NCBI GenBank assembly: GCA_963694715.1
Contig: CAVOEB010000001.1
Span: 20,434-84,433 of the forward strand
Source of the DNA: Alphaproteobacteria bacterium
GTDB lineage: Bacteria > Pseudomonadota > Alphaproteobacteria > UBA828 > JAPUJA01
Direction: 5' to 3'
DNA: 64,000 bases
In this document: positions 30,013 to 39,685 of the stretch, in pieces
How positions within the stretch are numbered: the first letter of the stretch is position 1
Layout of the letters: each line of letters starts with the position of its first letter
The notes under the pieces: model-generated
Told to the model about the DNA's origin: nothing
What the model saw: only the letters and a program-made list of their open reading frames with translations
Databases searched by the model: none
Made by a program: the position numbers and the translations under genes

Positions 30013-31377
30013 ATGTCTGGACCCACCCTCGTCAACGCCGAGCCCCTGACCGAGACACGCCAGCTGGTCGAATATCTGGCCGCGGGCTGCAAGCCGCGCG
30101 CGCGCTGGCGAATCGGCACCGAACACGAAAAATTCGGCTACCGGCTCGATGATTTCAGCACGGTGCCCTACGAGGGCGAGAGCGGCATCGGCGCGATGCT
30201 GGCGGGCCTGATGCGGTTCGGCTGGAAGCCGGTGCGCGAAGGCCGGAATATCATCGCCCTGACCATGGACGGCCAGTCGGTCACTCTTGAGCCGGGCGGG
30301 CAGTTCGAGCTTTCGGGCGCGCCCGTGCGCACGCTGCACGAGACCTGCGCCGAGGTGCACAATCATCTCAACCAGGTCAAGGTGGTCGCCGCCGAACTGG
30401 GGCTGGGCTTTCACGGCTTGGGCTTTCGCCCTAAATCGAGGCGCGACGAGGTCCACTGGATGCCTAAGGGGCGCTACGCCATCATGCGCCGCTACATGCC
30501 GACCAAGGGCAATCTCGGGCTCGATATGATGACCCGGACCTGCACGGTTCAGGTCAATCTCGATTTCGAGTCCGAAGCCGATATGGTGAAAAAATTCCGC
30601 GTCGGGCTGGCGCTCCAGCCCGTGGCGACCGCGTTGTTCGCGAACTCGCCCTTCGTCGAGGGCAAGCCCTCCGGCTATTTGAGCTATCGCAGTCATGTCT
30701 GGACCGACACCGACCCCGAGCGTTGCGGCACGCTGCCCGTCGTCTTCGAGGACGGCATGGGTTTCGAGCGTTATGTCGAGCATGTGCTCGACGTACCGAT
30801 GTATTTCGTCTATCGCGACGGCACCTATATCGACGCCTCGGGCCAGTCGTTTCGCGACTTCCTGGCCGGCGAGCTGCCGGCGCTTCCCGGCGAGCGGCCG
30901 CGGATGACGGACTGGGAAGATCACCTGACTACGCTGTTCCCCGAAGTGCGCTTAAAGCAATTTCTTGAAATGCGCGGCACCGATGGCGGCCCCTGGGGCC
31001 GGCTTTGCGCCCTGCCGGCGCTCTGGGTCGGGTTGTTCTACGACGCGGAATCCCTCGACGCCGCCTGGCAACTGGTCGAGGACTGGAACGCCGAGGAACG
31101 CGAGGTGATGCGCGAGGAGGTAACGAAAATTGGGCTTGCGACCCCGTTTCGTAACGCCACGGTGCGCGAGTTGGCGTTCGAGATGCTGACGCTGGCCCGT
31201 GCGGGCCTCGCACGACGCGCCATCATCGACGGCGCGGGGCGCGACGAATGCCACTTCCTCGATACCCTTGACGCCATCGCCGCCTCGGGCCGGACCCCGG
31301 CCGAGGACCTGCTCGACGCCTATCAGGGCCGCTGGAAACAGTCCGTCGACCCGCTGTTCACCGAACACGCTTACTAG
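30013..31377 (+). CDS. gshA: Glutamate--cysteine ligase (GCS2 family, plant/alphaproteobacterial type)
   Basis: 454 aa with an N-terminus GTEHEKFGY typical of GCS2. Confidence 0.85.
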   Translation: MSGPTLVNAEPLTETRQLVEYLAAGCKPRARWRIGTEHEKFGYRLDDFSTVPYEGESGIGAMLAGLMRFGWKPVREGRNIIALTMDGQSVTLEPGGQFELSGAPVRTLHETCAEVHNHLNQVKVVAAELGLGFHGLGFRPKSRRDEVHWMPKGRYAIMRRYMPTKGNLGLDMMTRTCTVQVNLDFESEADMVKKFRVGLALQPVATALFANSPFVEGKPSGYLSYRSHVWTDTDPERCGTLPVVFEDGMGFERYVEHVLDVPMYFVYRDGTYIDASGQSFRDFLAGELPALPGERPRMTDWEDHLTTLFPEVRLKQFLEMRGTDGGPWGRLCALPALWVGLFYDAESLDAAWQLVEDWNAEEREVMREEVTKIGLATPFRNATVRELAFEMLTLARAGLARRAIIDGAGRDECHFLDTLDAIAASGRTPAEDLLDAYQGRWKQSVDPLFTEHAY

Positions 31378-31576
31378 AGTTCTTTGAGAACGCGCGGTAT
31401 TTTCGCTCACGGCAGCGAACCTGACGGTTTGCGCCTACGCGGGTGCGCCGCAGTAGCGGCGGACTGCGGCCGCAGCCTTAGCAGCTTGCGCCTTGTCTTT
31501 CAGTTGGGGCCGGCCGGATATTTCAATTTGCCCGCCGCCGCCCTTAGCCGACCCGGCAGGCACGCCAACCCCGGTC

Positions 31577-33010
31577 CTAGCCCTCGGTGCCGCCGACGGT
31601 GAGGTTTTCGATCAGAAGGGTGGGTAGGCCGACACCTACGGGCACGCCCTGGCCGGCCTTGCCGCAGGTCCCGATGCCCGGATCGAGCGCCATGTCGTTG
31701 CCGATGCCCGCGACCCGGGTGAGCACGTCGGGGCCATTGCCGATCAGGCTGGCACCCTTGACCGGGGCACCGATCTTGCCGTCCTCGATGCGGTAGGCCT
31801 CGGACGCGGAAAACACGAACTTGCCCGACGTGATGTCGACCTGGCCGCCGCCGAAGTTGACCGCGTAGAGCCCGTTCTTAACCCGCCCGATCAGCTCCTC
31901 GGGTTCGGCCTCACCGGCCAGCATGAAGGTGTTGGTCATGCGCGGCAGGGGCTGATGGGCGAAGCTCTCTCGCCGGCCGTTGCCGGTCGGCGCCATGCCC
32001 ATGAGGCGCGCGTTCATGCGGTCCTGCAGGTAGCCGCACAGGATGCCGTCTTCGATCAGTACCGTGCGCGAGGCGGGTGTGCCCTCGTCGTCGATGGTGA
32101 GCGAACCGCGCCGGGATTCGAGCGTGCCGTCGTCGACCACGGTGACTCCAGGGCTGGCGACCCGCTCGCCGATAAGCCCGGCAAAGGCCGAGGTTTTCTT
32201 GCGGTTGAAATCGCCCTCGAGGCCGTGGCCGATCGCCTCGTGGAGCAGGATGCCGGGCCAGCCGGGGCCGAGCACGACATCCATCTCGCCCGCGGGCGCG
32301 GGTGTGGACTCGAGGTTGACCAGGGCTTGGCGCAGGGCCTCGTCGGTCTGCGCCCGCCACCGCTCGGGGTCGAGGAATTCCGCGTAGCCGACCCGCCCGC
32401 CGACGCCGTGGCTTCCGGTTTCCTGGCGCTCGCCCTCGCCGACCACGACCGAGACGTTGAGCCGGACTAGGGGGCGGATATCGGCGAGGCGCTCGCCGCC
32501 CGCGTGGATGATCTGGACCGCTTGCCACGAGCCCGTGAGCGAAGCCATGACCTGGCGTACGCGGGGGTCTCTGACCCGGGCGTAGGCGTCGATGTCGGCC
32601 AAGAGCGCGGTCTTGGCCGCAACGTCAAGCTCGGCGAGCGGGCTTGCTTCGCTGTAGAGCGAGCGGTTGGTTGGCGCAGGCGCGGCCTCAAGGGTGCCGC
32701 CATGGCCGTCGGCGACGGCGCGCACCGTATCGGCGGCGCGCGTGAGCGCGGCCGCGGAAATCTCGGAGGCGTGGGCGTAGCCCGTGGCCTCGCCCGCCAC
32801 GGCGCGCAGGCCGAAGCCGCAAGTGGTATCGAAATTGGCGGTCTTGAGCCGGCCGTCGTCGAAGGCGAAGGATTCCGAGCGGCGGTATTCGAGGAACAGC
32901 TCGCCGTCGTCCGCCCCGGCGAGTGCGTCGTCCACCCGACGCACGACGGCGTCGGGCTCGAGCCCGGAGGGCGCAAAAAACAGCTCGTCGGTGGTGGCGA
33001 GATCGTTCAT
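31577..33010 (-). CDS. tldD: Metalloprotease TldD
   Basis: 477 aa starting MNDLATTDELFF. A TldD HExxxH-like region (HEAIGHGLEGD) is present. The start is trimmed to the ATG at 33010. Confidence 0.85.
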   Translation of the reverse strand: MNDLATTDELFFAPSGLEPDAVVRRVDDALAGADDGELFLEYRRSESFAFDDGRLKTANFDTTCGFGLRAVAGEATGYAHASEISAAALTRAADTVRAVADGHGGTLEAAPAPTNRSLYSEASPLAELDVAAKTALLADIDAYARVRDPRVRQVMASLTGSWQAVQIIHAGGERLADIRPLVRLNVSVVVGEGERQETGSHGVGGRVGYAEFLDPERWRAQTDEALRQALVNLESTPAPAGEMDVVLGPGWPGILLHEAIGHGLEGDFNRKKTSAFAGLIGERVASPGVTVVDDGTLESRRGSLTIDDEGTPASRTVLIEDGILCGYLQDRMNARLMGMAPTGNGRRESFAHQPLPRMTNTFMLAGEAEPEELIGRVKNGLYAVNFGGGQVDITSGKFVFSASEAYRIEDGKIGAPVKGASLIGNGPDVLTRVAGIGNDMALDPGIGTCGKAGQGVPVGVGLPTLLIENLTVGGTEG

Positions 33011-33551
33011 GGGAAAGACCTTCCTGGGATGCCCGTCCGGGCGGGGTGGCGTGCTCACTCTGTATATAGACGATTTGTGCGGCCGGGAAACCGCCAGGGC
33101 CTGCGAATCGCGCCGCGCAGGGGTGTTGTTCCGGCCTACGACAAATTGTCGCAGGCCCCGCCAGGGCCCAACGGATCGGGAAGGGCGCGCGGCGCAAGCG
33201 ATCCGGCCTCGGGCTGAGCAAAACCGGGGTGCGGGTTTGCCCGACGCACCGTCGGAGCGGGCCGTTGCAGGCGGAAGTACGGGGGAGACGGCGTTTTGAC
33301 CGGGTTGCCTCGTAGTCGGGACGCGAGGCTGCTTCGGGAACGGCCGGCGGCGTCCGGCGGAAGCCGCGCCGACGCTAGAATTTCCAGCGCTACCGTGGGT
33401 TTTCTCGGACTTGTGCTTCCCTGCTGCGATGTGTAGTTTCAGGGCCGCCGGGGGGACGGAGGAGGCTCCGACAATCCGGAGTGTATTGCGCCGGCGCGTA
33501 CGGGCCGGCGCGCGGGTGCTTGGTGCGGTTCAGTCACTGAAGGACGGTGCG

Positions 33552-34406
33552 ATGTCGTTCAAAAAGGGAATAGTCGGGCTCGTGGCCTTCGCCGCCGCCG
33601 CCCTCGCGGGTGCCGCGGGCGCCCTGGCCGGGAATGTGGGTGCGCCGGAGAACTGGCAGTGGAATTTCCAAGAGGCCGCGACACCGGTGATGGAGCGGAT
33701 GAACAGCTTCCACAACATGGTGCTTATAATCGCCGTGGCGATCACGGTGTTCGTGTTGTTGCTGCTCGCGATCATCGTGGTCCGCTTTAACGCCCGGGCC
33801 AATCCGACGCCGAGCAAGACGACCCACAACACGATGCTCGAGATGCTCTGGACCGGCGTGCCGGTGATCATCCTGATCGTCATCACGGTGCCGTCGTTCA
33901 AGCTGCTCTACTACCAGGATCGCACGCCCGAGGCCGACATGACCATCGAGGCAATCGGCAACCAGTGGTTCTGGTCCTATGAATATCCCGACTATGACGA
34001 ACTCTATTTCGACGCCATCATGCTTGAGGACGATGAGCTTGCCGAGGGCCAGCCCCGCATGCTGGCGACGGATTACAACGTCGTCGTGCCCGTCGATACT
34101 ACGGTGCGCGTGCTCGTAAGCGCGACGGACGTAATTCACTCCTGGTCGGTGCCCTCGTTCGGGGTGAAGATGGACGCGGTACCGGGCCGGGTGAACGAAA
34201 CCTGGTTCCGGGCGACCGAGGAAGGCATTTATTACGGCATGTGCTCGGAGCTGTGCGGCGTGCTGCATGGTTTCATGCCGATCGCGGTCGAGGTCGTCTC
34301 ACAGGATGCCTTTGCGGAATGGTTGGTCTGGGCCGAGGAGGAATTCGGGGCGCGGGAGCCCGAGGGCGTCACCATCGACGTAGCACTAGCCCCCGCCGGC
34401 AACTAG
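33552..34406 (+). CDS. coxB: Cytochrome c oxidase subunit II
   Basis: A signal peptide and two TM helices are followed by CuA ligands (H...CSELCGVLHGFM). The ATG at 33552 replaces the spurious N-terminal extension of the track ORF. Confidence 0.9.
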   Translation: MSFKKGIVGLVAFAAAALAGAAGALAGNVGAPENWQWNFQEAATPVMERMNSFHNMVLIIAVAITVFVLLLLAIIVVRFNARANPTPSKTTHNTMLEMLWTGVPVIILIVITVPSFKLLYYQDRTPEADMTIEAIGNQWFWSYEYPDYDELYFDAIMLEDDELAEGQPRMLATDYNVVVPVDTTVRVLVSATDVIHSWSVPSFGVKMDAVPGRVNETWFRATEEGIYYGMCSELCGVLHGFMPIAVEVVSQDAFAEWLVWAEEEFGAREPEGVTIDVALAPAGN

Positions 34407-34432
34407 GTTGAAGAGCCAAGAGGTAATCGACG

Positions 34433-36022
34433 ATGAGTGAAGCGAGCGCCCACGCGCACGAGAACGATCACAAGCCGACGGGGATCACCCGCTGGCTCTT
34501 TTCGACCAACCACAAAGACATCGGCACGATGTACATAGTGTTCGGCATCGTCGCCGGCCTGGTCGGGTTGACGCTCTCGATGCTGATACGCACCGAGCTG
34601 ATGTATCCTGGCGCCGGGATCCTGGGCGGCGATCACCACCTGTTCAACGTGCTGACTACCGGTCACGGCCTGATCATGGTGTTCTTCTTCGTCATGCCAG
34701 TGTTCATCGGCGGCTTCGGTAACTGGTTCGTGCCGCTGATGATTGGGGCGCCGGACATGGCCTTCCCGCGCCTGAATAATATCAGCTTCTGGCTGCTTAT
34801 CCCGTCCGCCTGTCTGCTCTACGGCTCGGTGTTCGTGGATGGCGGGGTCGGCGCGGGCTGGACAATATATGCGCCGCTCTCGACATCGGGCCATCCGGGC
34901 GCTTCGGTCGACATGGCCATCCTTGCGCTCCATCTCGCGGGCGCCTCGTCGATCCTGGGCGCGGCAAACTTCATCACCACCATTTTGAACATGCGCGCGC
35001 CGGGCATGACCATTCATAAAATGCCGCTGTTCGTCTGGTCGATGCTGGTGACCGCGTTCCTGCTCCTGCTCTCGTTGCCCGTGCTGGCCGGCGGCATCAC
35101 CATGCTGCTGACCGACCGCAACTTCGGCACCGCGTTCTTCGACGCCGCGCAGGGCGGCGATCCGATCCTCTACCAGCATCTGTTCTGGTTCTTCGGCCAC
35201 CCGGAAGTCTACATCCTGATCCTGCCGGGCTTCGGCATCGTCAGCCACGTGGTCTCGACCTTCTCGAAGAAGCCTGTGTTCGGCTATCTCGGCATGGCCT
35301 ACGCCATGGTCGCAATCGGCTTCATCGGCTTCATCGTCTGGGCTCACCACATGTACACAGTGGGCTTCGATACCAACACCCGGGCCTATTTTCTGGCTGC
35401 GACGATGGTTATTGCCGTGCCCACGGGGATCAAGATCTTCAGCTGGATCGCCACCATGTGGGGCGGTTCGCTGACCTTCCCGACGCCCATGCTCTGGGCG
35501 ATAGGCTTCATCTTCCTGTTTACGGTCGGTGGCGTGACCGGCGTGGTGCTGGCCAACGCCGGACTGGACGTGCCGCTGCACGACACCTACTACGTCGTCG
35601 CCCATTTCCATTACGTGCTCTCGCTGGGCGCGACCTTCGCGGTGTTCTGCGGCTTCTATTACTGGATCGGCAAGATGAGTGGCCGGCAGTATCCGGAAAC
35701 GCTGTCCAAGATCCATTTCTGGATCACCCTGGTCGGCGTGAACCTGACTTTCTTCCCGATGCATTTCGTTGGGTTGGCGGGCATGCCGCGGCGAATTCCG
35801 GATTATCCGGACGCTTTCGCGGGCTGGAATTTGATAGCGTCGATCGGCTCCTACGTGACCGCGGCGGGCGCCGCGCTGTTCCTCTATATCCTCTTCCACA
35901 CGCTGGTCTACGGCAAGAAATGCCCGGCCAACCCGTGGGGTGAAGGGGCTACCAGCCTGGAGTGGAGCGTGCCCTCGCCGGCGCCGTTCCACACCTTCGA
36001 GCAGCAGCCGCGGATCAAGTAG
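34433..36022 (+). CDS. ctaD: Cytochrome c oxidase subunit I
   Basis: 529 aa with 12 TM helices and heme/CuB His ligands. Classic COX1 sequence ([17 protein letters not shown]). Confidence 0.95.
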   Translation: MSEASAHAHENDHKPTGITRWLFSTNHKDIGTMYIVFGIVAGLVGLTLSMLIRTELMYPGAGILGGDHHLFNVLTTGHGLIMVFFFVMPVFIGGFGNWFVPLMIGAPDMAFPRLNNISFWLLIPSACLLYGSVFVDGGVGAGWTIYAPLSTSGHPGASVDMAILALHLAGASSILGAANFITTILNMRAPGMTIHKMPLFVWSMLVTAFLLLLSLPVLAGGITMLLTDRNFGTAFFDAAQGGDPILYQHLFWFFGHPEVYILILPGFGIVSHVVSTFSKKPVFGYLGMAYAMVAIGFIGFIVWAHHMYTVGFDTNTRAYFLAATMVIAVPTGIKIFSWIATMWGGSLTFPTPMLWAIGFIFLFTVGGVTGVVLANAGLDVPLHDTYYVVAHFHYVLSLGATFAVFCGFYYWIGKMSGRQYPETLSKIHFWITLVGVNLTFFPMHFVGLAGMPRRIPDYPDAFAGWNLIASIGSYVTAAGAALFLYILFHTLVYGKKCPANPWGEGATSLEWSVPSPAPFHTFEQQPRIK

Positions 36023-36054
36023 AGCGTGGCGGATAACGGGGGAGAGATGGGGTC

Positions 36055-36957
36055 GTGACAGACACCTCGATTGGCACAGCGGCGGAGGGAACAAGCGCGC
36101 GCGTCGTCGACTTCGTGGCGCTGCTCAAGCCACGGGTGATGTCGCTCGTGCTGTTCTCGGGGTTGGCCGGGCTGCTCGTGGCACCCGGCGAGCTTCACCC
36201 CGTGCTCGCGTTCGTGGCCCTGCTCTGCATCGCAGTCGGCGCGGGCGCGTCGGGCGCGATCAACATGTGGTACGAGCACGATATCGACCGACTCATGAGT
36301 CGAACCAAGTTGCGCCCGATCCCGCAAGGCCGGATTGATCCGGCCACTGCGCTAGGCTTCGGCGTCGCTCTGGCGGTCGCCGCGGTCGTGGTGATGGGGC
36401 TGGTGGTCAATTTTGTGGCCGCCGGCGTGCTGGCGCTGACCATCGGGTTCTACGTCTTCGTTTACACCATGTGGCTGAAGCGCCGCACACCGCAGAACAT
36501 CGTCATTGGCGGCGCGGCCGGCGCGTTTCCGCCGGTGGTCGGCTGGACGGCGGTGACCGGCGACGTGACCGTGGTACCGCTGTTGCTGTTCGCCATCATC
36601 TTCCTGTGGACGCCGCCGCATTTTTGGGCGCTGGCGCTCTATCGCTCGGCGGACTACGCCCGTGCGGGCGTGCCCATGATGCCGGTGGTGGCGGGTGCGG
36701 CGGCGACCAAGCGCCAGATGCTGCTCTACACCCTGCTGCTCGCCCCGGCGGCGCTGTCGCCGTGGCTGATCGGATTCTCGGGCTGGCTCTACGGGGCCGG
36801 CGTCGCGGTCCTGAGCGCGGCTTTCATCGGCCACGTGGTGCTTGTGCTGCGTGATACGACCCATGCGGCGGCGCGGCGCATGTTCGGCTTTTCGATCCTT
36901 TACCTATTCCTGCTGTTCGCACTTCTCGTGGTGGACCACTTTGTCGTTGCCGGTTGA
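36055..36957 (+). CDS. ctaB: Protoheme IX farnesyltransferase (heme O synthase)
   Basis: UbiA-superfamily member with the CtaB motif [17 protein letters not shown] and a GTG start. Confidence 0.9.
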   Translation: MTDTSIGTAAEGTSARVVDFVALLKPRVMSLVLFSGLAGLLVAPGELHPVLAFVALLCIAVGAGASGAINMWYEHDIDRLMSRTKLRPIPQGRIDPATALGFGVALAVAAVVVMGLVVNFVAAGVLALTIGFYVFVYTMWLKRRTPQNIVIGGAAGAFPPVVGWTAVTGDVTVVPLLLFAIIFLWTPPHFWALALYRSADYARAGVPMMPVVAGAAATKRQMLLYTLLLAPAALSPWLIGFSGWLYGAGVAVLSAAFIGHVVLVLRDTTHAAARRMFGFSILYLFLLFALLVVDHFVVAG

Positions 36958-36958
36958 T

Positions 36959-37078
36959 ATGACCAAGAGCGAACGCCATCGGAGAATGCGCGGGCGCAAC
37001 TACGCGCTCGTCGCCGTGCTGTTCTCACTCGTCATCCTGTTCTTCGTCGTCACGCTGGTGAAGTTGGGGAGCAACTGA
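36959..37078 (+). CDS. Small single-TM protein (39 aa) between ctaB and ctaG; CoxF-like small oxidase-cluster ORF
   Basis: The ATG at 36959 gives MTKSERHRRMRGRNYALVAVLFSLVILFFVVTLVKLGSN: a basic N-terminus then one hydrophobic helix. The position matches the small ORF conserved between ctaB and ctaG in alphaproteobacteria. Confidence 0.4.
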   Translation: MTKSERHRRMRGRNYALVAVLFSLVILFFVVTLVKLGSN

Positions 37079-37081
37079 GCG

Positions 37082-37738
37082 ATGGATAAATTACGCCGCA
37101 GGAAGAGGATGACCGCGGTGCTTCTGGCCGGCTGTGTCGCCGGCATGGTCGGGCTGTCGTTCGCCGCGGTGCCGCTTTACAAGCTTTTTTGCCAGGCCAC
37201 CGGTTACGGCGGCACGCCCCAGGTTGCCGAGATGGCCCCCGATGTGGTGATCGATCGAACCATCGTCGTTCGCTTCAACGCGGACGTCGACCGCGAGCTG
37301 TCCTGGCGCTTCAAGCCCATGCAGAGATCGATCGAAGTTCGCCCGGGGGAAAGCCACCTTGCGTTTTACGAGGCGGCGAACGAATCGGATCACCCGATCC
37401 TGGGCCAGGCGGCGTACAACGTCACGCCGCAAAAGGCCGGGATCTACTTTACCAAGATCGAGTGCTTCTGCTTTACGGAGCAATACCTGGCGCCGGGCGA
37501 ACGGTCCGAAATGCCGGTCTCGTTCTTCATCGACCCGGCGTTGGTCGACGACCGCAACATGAACGACCTGGGTACCATCACCCTGTCCTACACGTTTTTC
37601 GATCTGGGGCAGGAAGCGCTCGACGATTATTTGACCGAGCGCGATCGTGTGGCGAGCCGTGCCACGGACGACGCCGTGGACAGCGCGAGCGCGGTGCTGA
37701 ATTTATTTTCCCGGCGGCGTGGCAACGCCGCCGGGTAA
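37082..37738 (+). CDS. ctaG: Cytochrome c oxidase assembly protein CtaG/Cox11
   Basis: An N-terminal TM is followed by the copper-binding CFCF motif (KIECFCFTEQ). Confidence 0.85.
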   Translation: MDKLRRRKRMTAVLLAGCVAGMVGLSFAAVPLYKLFCQATGYGGTPQVAEMAPDVVIDRTIVVRFNADVDRELSWRFKPMQRSIEVRPGESHLAFYEAANESDHPILGQAAYNVTPQKAGIYFTKIECFCFTEQYLAPGERSEMPVSFFIDPALVDDRNMNDLGTITLSYTFFDLGQEALDDYLTERDRVASRATDDAVDSASAVLNLFSRRRGNAAG

Positions 37739-37754
37739 AAGAAGGAGTGAGGCG

Positions 37755-38564
37755 ATGACGGACATCCATGCGGAGGGTCACCCCAAGAGCCATCCGTACC
37801 ATATGGTCAAGCCGAGCCCGTGGCCCGCGATGGGTGCGTTTTCGGCACTGGTGCTGGCTCCGGGATTCCTTCTCCTGATGAAGGCCGACCAGTGGTGGCT
37901 GTTCATCATCGGCGTCCTTTTGGTGCTCGCCACGATGTTCCTGTGGTGGCGCGACGTGATCAAAGAGGGCACCTTCGAGGGCGTTCATACGAAGATCGTG
38001 CAGCGCGGCCTGCGCTACGGCATGGCGCTGTTCATCGCTTCCGAGGTGATGTTTTTCGCCGCCTTCTTCTGGGCCTTCTTCAACGCCAGTATTCTCCCGA
38101 CTGAGGTGGTCGGCGGGGTCTGGCCGCCGATCGGCGTCGAGACCTTCAATGCCTGGGATATTCCGCTGATCAACACGATTATTCTGTTGACCTCGGGCGT
38201 GACCTGCACCTGGGCCCATCACGAGATCAAGCACGGCCACAACGAACGGGCCGCCTGGGCCTTGGTGCTGACCGTGACGCTGGGCCTCTGCTTTACGGCG
38301 TTGCAGATCTTTGAATATGCGCACGCCCATTTCGGCTTTCGCGAGGGCATCTACCCGTCGACCTTCTTCATGGCGACGGGCTTTCACGGCTTCCACGTGA
38401 TCGTGGGCACGTGTTTCCTGGCTGTCTGCATGGTTCGAGCGTTCAAGGGCCACTTCAAGCCCGACCAGCATGTCGGTTTCGAGGCGGCGGCCTGGTACTG
38501 GCATTTCGTTGATGTCGTCTGGCTCTTCCTGTTCGGTTGGATCTACTGGTGGAACGGCGGCTAA
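37755..38564 (+). CDS. coxC: Cytochrome c oxidase subunit III
   Basis: 269 aa starting MTDIHAEGHPKSHPYHMV, with 7 TM helices. A strong SD (GAAGGAG) sits 6 nt upstream of the ATG at 37755. Confidence 0.9.
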   Translation: MTDIHAEGHPKSHPYHMVKPSPWPAMGAFSALVLAPGFLLLMKADQWWLFIIGVLLVLATMFLWWRDVIKEGTFEGVHTKIVQRGLRYGMALFIASEVMFFAAFFWAFFNASILPTEVVGGVWPPIGVETFNAWDIPLINTIILLTSGVTCTWAHHEIKHGHNERAAWALVLTVTLGLCFTALQIFEYAHAHFGFREGIYPSTFFMATGFHGFHVIVGTCFLAVCMVRAFKGHFKPDQHVGFEAAAWYWHFVDVVWLFLFGWIYWWNGG

Positions 38565-38574
38565 GCCGCCGTTC

Positions 38575-38949
38575 ATGACGGGCGCGGGGTACCCACCGAT
38601 CTCGATCCTCAAGGCGGGGGTGCGATGCCGGTGTCCGCGTTGCGGGCAGGGCAAACTCTATTCGGGCTTTCTTGAGGTTGCCGAGGTTTGTGTCGCATGC
38701 GGCCTGACCTTGCGCGAAAATGACAACGGTGACGGCCCCGCGGTGTTCATTATCCTCATCATGGGATTTGTCGTCGTCGCAGGCGCCCTGGCTCTTGAAC
38801 TCGTGGCGGGACCGCCCATGTGGCTTCACATGTTGATATGGATTCCCATCATCATGATCGGCTCGGCGGCGCTGTTGCGCCCGTTTAAGGCAGTCTTTAT
38901 CGCGATTCAGTTCAAGCACAAGGTGCAGGGCTATGGCCGGACGGGCTGA
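38575..38949 (+). CDS. DUF983-like zinc-ribbon membrane protein
   Basis: 124 aa with CPRCGQGKL...CVACGL (4-Cys) followed by two TM helices. A conserved neighbour of coxC and surf1. Confidence 0.6.
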   Translation: MTGAGYPPISILKAGVRCRCPRCGQGKLYSGFLEVAEVCVACGLTLRENDNGDGPAVFIILIMGFVVVAGALALELVAGPPMWLHMLIWIPIIMIGSAALLRPFKAVFIAIQFKHKVQGYGRTG

Positions 38950-39685
38950 GTCCGGCTTGTTTCATACCCGCCCCACCCTGCGCATAAGCTTGGCCGCGGG
39001 CGCGGTGTTCCTGGTGCTGGTCGCACTTGGAAGCTGGCAGCTGCAACGCTTGGGCTGGAAACAGGACCGGATCGACGAACGCCAGGGCCGGGCGATGGGT
39101 GAAACAGTTGAGCTGACCGCATCGCTAGCGGGGCCGGGCTATTTTAATTTTCGCCCCGTCTGGCTGAGCGGGCAATTCCTGCACGAGAAGGAGCTGTTGC
39201 TCGCCGCGCGCTCGTTCGACCGGCGGGTCGGCTGGCAGGTGATCACCCCCCTGGCGCTCGAGGGCGGTGGCGCCGTGCTGGTAAATCGCGGCTGGATTCC
39301 CCACGACAAGCAGGACGCCGCGTTGCGCGCCGAGGGCCAGCTTGAGGGTGCGGTTCGCGTGAGGGGCCTTGTTCGCACCGAACAACCCCAAGGCACCTTC
39401 CAGCCCGACAACCGGCTTGAAGAGGGCGTCTGGTACTGGGTCGATATCGACGCGATGGGCGATGCCGTTGGTCTCGATGTTCTGCCCATTGTCGTGGAGG
39501 CGGACGCCACGGCCAATCCCGGCGGTCTGCCGATCGGTGGCCAGACCCGCCTCGAGGTGCCCAACGACCATTTACAGTACGCGCTCACCTGGTACGCGCT
39601 GGCATTCATATTGGCGGTAATCTTCGTGGTGTTTCATCGGCGCAAGCCCGGTGCCAAGACGACCGAGGAAGGCGGAACCTCTTGA
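38933..39685 (+). CDS. SURF1 family cytochrome oxidase biogenesis protein
   Basis: A TM segment is followed by the SURF1 core and a C-terminal TM (HLQYALTWYALAFILAV). Confidence 0.8.
   Translation: MAGRAESGLFHTRPTLRISLAAGAVFLVLVALGSWQLQRLGWKQDRIDERQGRAMGETVELTASLAGPGYFNFRPVWLSGQFLHEKELLLAARSFDRRVGWQVITPLALEGGGAVLVNRGWIPHDKQDAALRAEGQLEGAVRVRGLVRTEQPQGTFQPDNRLEEGVWYWVDIDAMGDAVGLDVLPIVVEADATANPGGLPIGGQTRLEVPNDHLQYALTWYALAFILAVIFVVFHRRKPGAKTTEEGGTS

Noticed and set aside
31378-31576. Hairpin CCGCAGT-agcggcgg-ACTGCGG in the convergent gshA/tldD gap
   Set aside because: There is no U-tract on either side, so I did not list it as a feature.
34403-36094. 563-aa antisense ORF across coxA
   Set aside because: It is antisense to cytochrome oxidase subunit I and has His/Arg/Asp-rich, non-protein-like composition.
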